The notes under the pieces are model-generated. The model saw only the letters and a list, made by a program, of their open reading frames with translations, did not search any database and was not told the origin of the DNA. A stretch of DNA of 64,000 nt from Nitrospinales bacterium (lineage in GTDB: Bacteria > Nitrospinota > Nitrospinia > Nitrospinales > VA-1). Made by a program: the position numbers and the translations under genes. The stretch is from assembly GCA_965223795.1 (NCBI GenBank), contig CBDCXL010000002.1:1568001-1632000 (forward strand), read 5' to 3'. This document shows positions 60,098 to 64,000 of this stretch, piece after piece (the stretch's first letter is position 1; every line of letters begins with the position of its first letter).

Positions 60098-61387
60098 GTG
60101 GCGCCTGAACTGCTGGCTCCCGCCGGGAGTCCCGAAAAACTGAATTATGCCTTTGCCTATGGCGCCGATGCGGTGTACGCGGGGATTCCCAAGTTTTCCC
60201 TGCGGGCCAAGGAAAACCACTTCCGCGACGATTCGCTCCAACAAGCGATCGAGCACACGCATCGGCTGGGCAAGAAAATCTACATCACCGCGAATATCCT
60301 GCCGCCCAACCGCAAGGTGAACGCATTCAAAAAATCCCTGGCTGCTTACGCCGAAGCCGGAGCCGACGCGTTTATCATGTCCGATCCGGGATTGATCCAG
60401 TTCGTTCGTAAAGAGTTCCCCCAGATTCCCGTGCACCTTTCGGTGCAGACCAACACGATCAACTGGCCTTCGGTCCAGTTCTGGCTCGATCTGGGTGTGC
60501 GCCGCACGATCCTGTCGCGGGAACTGTCCCTGGAAGAAATCCGCGAAATTCATGACCGGGTACCGGGCATGGAGCTGGAGGCATTCGTGCACGGCGCCAT
60601 CTGCATCGCCTACTCGGGCCGCTGCCTGCTTTCGAATTATTTCAACCACCGGGACGCCAACCAGGGCACCTGCACGAACAGCTGCCGCTGGGAGTACAAT
60701 GTCCACCAGGAAAGCAAAGACACGCAACTGGGGACGCGGCGGGAACTGGAAGGCGATTTCTTCCTCGAAGAAGCCAAGCGGCCCGGTGAACTCATGCCGG
60801 TGGATGAGGATGAGCACGGCACCTACATCATGAACTCGAAGGATTTGCGGGCGATCGAGTTTTTACGCGAGCTCAAGGAGGCGGGGGTGGTTTCCTTCAA
60901 GATCGAAGGCCGGTCCAAGTCTGAATACTATCTGGCTCGCATCACAAAAAGTTACCGACAGGCTATCGATGACCTGATCGCTCACCGGCCCTTCAATCCC
61001 AAGCTCATTGAAGAAGTGCACAAGACGGCCAACCGCGGTTTCACCTCGGCGTTTCTCGTTTCCAACGCGAACCGCCAGACCGAACGGTTCGATTCGCCGC
61101 AGGAGCCGGACCTGCCGCAGGTTTACGCCGGGAAAATTCTGGAAGTGCGCGGCGACGGCATGGTGGAGGTGGATGTGAAAAACAGGATCGAGGTTGGCGA
61201 TGAGGTGGAATGCGTGTCGCCGAAAAACCAGCATCGCTTTAGGATCGGTGCGATGGAGAACCGCAGGGGAGAAGCGGTGCCGGTGGCGCACGGCGGCAAT
61301 GGTTCGGTGTGGATTGCGGATGTGGGGCCGGTGGAGCCCTACTCTCTTCTCAGCCTGGTCAAACGGCCTGTAGGTTCGCCGGTTTGA
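60098..61387 (+). CDS. trhP: U32-family tRNA hydroxylation protein
   Basis: PELLAPAG, CIAYSGRCLLS, GTCTNSCRW, EDEHGTYIMNSKDL and KIEGR (YegQ/TrhP type). Confidence 0.88.
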   Translation: MAPELLAPAGSPEKLNYAFAYGADAVYAGIPKFSLRAKENHFRDDSLQQAIEHTHRLGKKIYITANILPPNRKVNAFKKSLAAYAEAGADAFIMSDPGLIQFVRKEFPQIPVHLSVQTNTINWPSVQFWLDLGVRRTILSRELSLEEIREIHDRVPGMELEAFVHGAICIAYSGRCLLSNYFNHRDANQGTCTNSCRWEYNVHQESKDTQLGTRRELEGDFFLEEAKRPGELMPVDEDEHGTYIMNSKDLRAIEFLRELKEAGVVSFKIEGRSKSEYYLARITKSYRQAIDDLIAHRPFNPKLIEEVHKTANRGFTSAFLVSNANRQTERFDSPQEPDLPQVYAGKILEVRGDGMVEVDVKNRIEVGDEVECVSPKNQHRFRIGAMENRRGEAVPVAHGGNGSVWIADVGPVEPYSLLSLVKRPVGSPV

Positions 61388-61402
61388 CAAATCGCCACGG
61401 CA

Positions 61403-61600
61403 TCACTTGCGGTTGTTTTCCTTTTCGTTTTTTTTGGCGGATTCGGTCCAGGCGATGACGGCGTAGATCGCCAGAATCAGCAACAGGCTCACCCATCCGG
61501 CGGCGGATTGGATCCGGTACTCAAAAATGTCGCGGGCCAGGGTCCCGTCGATGAGCAGGGCCAGGGCCGCGACGATCATAAGAACCGTAAGTTTTTTCAA
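61403..61600 (-). CDS. small two-TM hypothetical protein
   Basis: Two hydrophobic segments; AGGTG RBS before TTG. Confidence 0.6.
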   Translation of the reverse strand: MKKLTVLMIVAALALLIDGTLARDIFEYRIQSAAGWVSLLLILAIYAVIAWTESAKKNEKENNRK

Positions 61601-61795
61601 AAATCACCTACTCAATCACGGGTATTACACCACGCAGCCGTTCGCGTGATTCAGCTTCGCTCATTGGGAGCGGGCTGCAGGATGGAATTCGATTGTTCCG
61701 CAATTCCGTCTCCCCTATAATATCCAATTTGTTGCCCGTTTTTTCCCCAATCCGGCGCCGGATGCGGCCCATCCGATGCGACCAGAAAGGACGCA

Positions 61796-62803
61796 ATGGC
61801 TTTACCCGTCAGACAGGCGTTGAAAATCGGATATTATATATTCCGGCAGAAACTCAAGGGACGCAAGCGCTTTCCGCTCGTCCTCATGCTGGAGCCTTTG
61901 TTCCGCTGCAACCTGGAGTGCATCGGCTGCGGAAAAATACAAAAGCCCAACGAAATCCTGAAGCAGAACCTGAGTCCGGAGGATTGTCTCAACGCGGCTG
62001 AGGAATGCGGCGCGCCTGTGGTGTCCATCGCCGGCGGCGAACCGCTCATGCATCCTAAAATCGTTGAAATCGTCGAAGGGCTTCTGGCCCAGGGACGGTA
62101 TGTCTATCTCTGCACCAACGCACTGCTTCTGGATGATTTTTTTGGCAAACTTCCCGTCTCACCGCTTTTGACCCTGTCCATCCATCTCGACGGTATGGAG
62201 GAGGACCACGATCACATCGTGGCGCAAAAGGGCACGTTCAAAGTGGCGGTGGAGGCGATTCGCAAGGCCAAGTCGATGGGCTACCGGGTCAACAGCGCCA
62301 CGACGTTCTTCGACGGCACCTCCGTCGAGAAAGCGGAACAGTTTCTCGATTTCGTGAACCCCCTGGGCGTGGACGGGGTCACGCTGGCTTCCGCGTTCCA
62401 GTATCCGGACGCTCCGGATCAGGACCATTTTTTCGGCAGAAAGCGCACATTTGATTTTTTCAGCGAGCTGTTGCAGAAAAACAAGAACGGCCGTTGGAAC
62501 ATCAATCATTCCCCCTTCTACCTGGAGTTTCTGCAAGGGAAGCGCGAGTACGACTGCACGCCCTGGGGCAATCCCAACTATTCGGTGCTCGGCTGGCAGA
62601 AGCCCTGTTACCTGCTGGATGACGGCTACGCGGAGTCGTTCGATGAGTTGATGGAGACCACGGAATGGGAGAAGTACGGCCATCGCAACAATCCCAAATG
62701 CGCCGACTGCACCGCCCATTGCGGCTATGAAGCCACAGCCGTGGAAGACGCCACAGCGAACCTGAAAAACATGATCCATTCGGCTCGTGTGGTGTTTCAG
62801 TGA
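61796..62803 (+). CDS. hpnH: adenosylhopane synthase radical SAM enzyme
   Basis: FPLVLMLEPLFRCNLECIGCGKI, CTPWGNP, GWQKPCYLL and CADC.AHCGYE motifs. Confidence 0.93.
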   Translation: MALPVRQALKIGYYIFRQKLKGRKRFPLVLMLEPLFRCNLECIGCGKIQKPNEILKQNLSPEDCLNAAEECGAPVVSIAGGEPLMHPKIVEIVEGLLAQGRYVYLCTNALLLDDFFGKLPVSPLLTLSIHLDGMEEDHDHIVAQKGTFKVAVEAIRKAKSMGYRVNSATTFFDGTSVEKAEQFLDFVNPLGVDGVTLASAFQYPDAPDQDHFFGRKRTFDFFSELLQKNKNGRWNINHSPFYLEFLQGKREYDCTPWGNPNYSVLGWQKPCYLLDDGYAESFDELMETTEWEKYGHRNNPKCADCTAHCGYEATAVEDATANLKNMIHSARVVFQ

Positions 62804-62846
62804 GACGTTGTTTCCTTCCTGAATTTTAACCGATCGTAAAACGTTC

Positions 62847-63317
62847 TCAGTGACTTTGCAGGAAATCCGGAAGATGGGTGTCCGCATCGATCCGGGCCTT
62901 GTCGATCTGATTTTTTGACAAGCCCGTGGTCATCTTCAGGTTTGCTCCGGAAAGATCCGCGCCGTCCAAGTCCGCTTCGTGCAAATCCGCGCGCGTCAGG
63001 TTGGCGCCCTGGAGGCAGGCGCCGCGAAGGTTCGCCCAGCGTAAATTGGCGCCGCGCAGATTTGCATTCTTGAGGTTGGCGTTTTCCAGATTGGATTTTT
63101 TCAAATACGCGCCGTAAAGATACGCCTCCTGAAACTGGGCACGGCTCAACGATGCTCCCATCAAGACCGCTCCTTTTAAATCTCCCTGGCTGAAATCGGC
63201 GCACGCCCCTTCCCTGCCGTTGGACTCGACCCACTGCCGGTGTGCTTGCAGCCGGTTTTTGATTTCTTCTTTGGAAAATACGTTGCGCTGTGGTTTCGGT
63301 TCGGCTTCGCCTGCCAT
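62847..63317 (-). CDS. pentapeptide repeat protein
   Basis: Repeated A(N/D)Lxx units after an HRQWVESNG motif. Confidence 0.88.
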   Translation of the reverse strand: MAGEAEPKPQRNVFSKEEIKNRLQAHRQWVESNGREGACADFSQGDLKGAVLMGASLSRAQFQEAYLYGAYLKKSNLENANLKNANLRGANLRWANLRGACLQGANLTRADLHEADLDGADLSGANLKMTTGLSKNQIDKARIDADTHLPDFLQSH

Positions 63318-63457
63318 CGCCCTTTGTCCTGGTGTTTCTACCAATCCGGTTCTTTGACGCCGTCATTCTATCATGGCCTGAATGGCGCAATCGGCTGGGG
63401 TGGATTTGCAAAGGGACGAATGTTCTTAGAACCTTTTCTATGCAAACCCGCGCAACT

Positions 63458-64000
63458 TCAGGATGCTTCGATTTCAGCCAGCAACTTCAAAAATTTAGGG
63501 TTTGTCGGTGCAAGTTTGAGCGCCTCAATCACCGATTGCCGGGCGGGATTTTTTTCCTCCTGATCCTTGAGAATCACTGCCATCTCGTAATGTGCTTCCG
63601 GATAATAGGGATTGACCTGGATGGATTTTTGAAAGGATTCCAGCGCTTTGTTGAATTCGTTTCGGTCGCGGTGCAGCACGCCCAGATTGAAGTGGGTGAG
63701 CATTCCATTCGGGTTGGCGGCGAGGGATTCTTTCAGAATGGTTTCCGCCTGGTTCAGGTCGCCCTTGAGTCTCAATGAGTCCGCCAGATTGTTGAGGTAG
63801 GTGGAATTGGCCGGATCCTGCTGCAAAGCCGCTTTGTAATACCGGATGGCTTGCGGGTATTTTTTTTCTTCCTTATAGAGATTGCCGATGTTGTTGTGGG
63901 CCTTGGCGTCCCGATCGTCTTCCTTCAGGTCGATGGCTTTTAACCATTGTTCTTTGGCCCGCTCTTTATCGCCTTTGGCGTAGTGCACCATTCCCAGGTT
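63458..64000 (-). CDS. TPR protein, 5' end outside the window
   Basis: AHNNIG, YLNNLA, THFNLG and AHYEMA TPR repeats; frame open at the window edge. Confidence 0.85.
   Translation of the reverse strand, partial: NLGMVHYAKGDKERAKEQWLKAIDLKEDDRDAKAHNNIGNLYKEEKKYPQAIRYYKAALQQDPANSTYLNNLADSLRLKGDLNQAETILKESLAANPNGMLTHFNLGVLHRDRNEFNKALESFQKSIQVNPYYPEAHYEMAVILKDQEEKNPARQSVIEALKLAPTNPKFLKLLAEIEAS

Overview
GC-rich bacterial chromosomal segment that contains the replication origin. Genes left of dnaA run mostly on the minus strand and genes to its right mostly on the plus strand, and a DnaA-box/GGCCC/DnaA-trio unwinding element lies between dnaA and gyrB. The gene content loosely suggests a Nitrospina-like diderm; this is inference only. 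From left to right the window holds: (1) a sigma-54-driven flagellar cluster flgFGAHIJNKL; (2) housekeeping genes coaD, aspC and lnt; (3) a DnaC-like ATPase pair; (4) the argH-lipoprotein-DUF484/GGDEF-GNAT region; (5) a long minus-strand run rsmG-parA-parB-bactofilin-rsmI-MinD-like ATPase-bactofilin-L,D-transpeptidase; (6) etfBA; (7) a ~8.4 kb integrase-less, capsid-less phage-derived cassette abutting the dnaA promoter, with a CI-like repressor, candidate late activator, lysis genes, terminase and a portal/tail-fibre fusion; (8) dnaA-oriC-gyrB-gyrA, then serS with all four tRNA-Ser genes, tRNA-Arg(GCG), ffs-dnaX-ybaB-recR and tRNA-Asn; (9) accessory genes, trhP and hpnH. The best candidates for undescribed systems are a MinD-like ATPase/bactofilin/L,D-transpeptidase module, in which the last two proteins share a ~55-aa N-terminal domain, and the origin-proximal phage-derived lysis/packaging circuit. 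All product calls come from reading motifs by eye; no database search was run.
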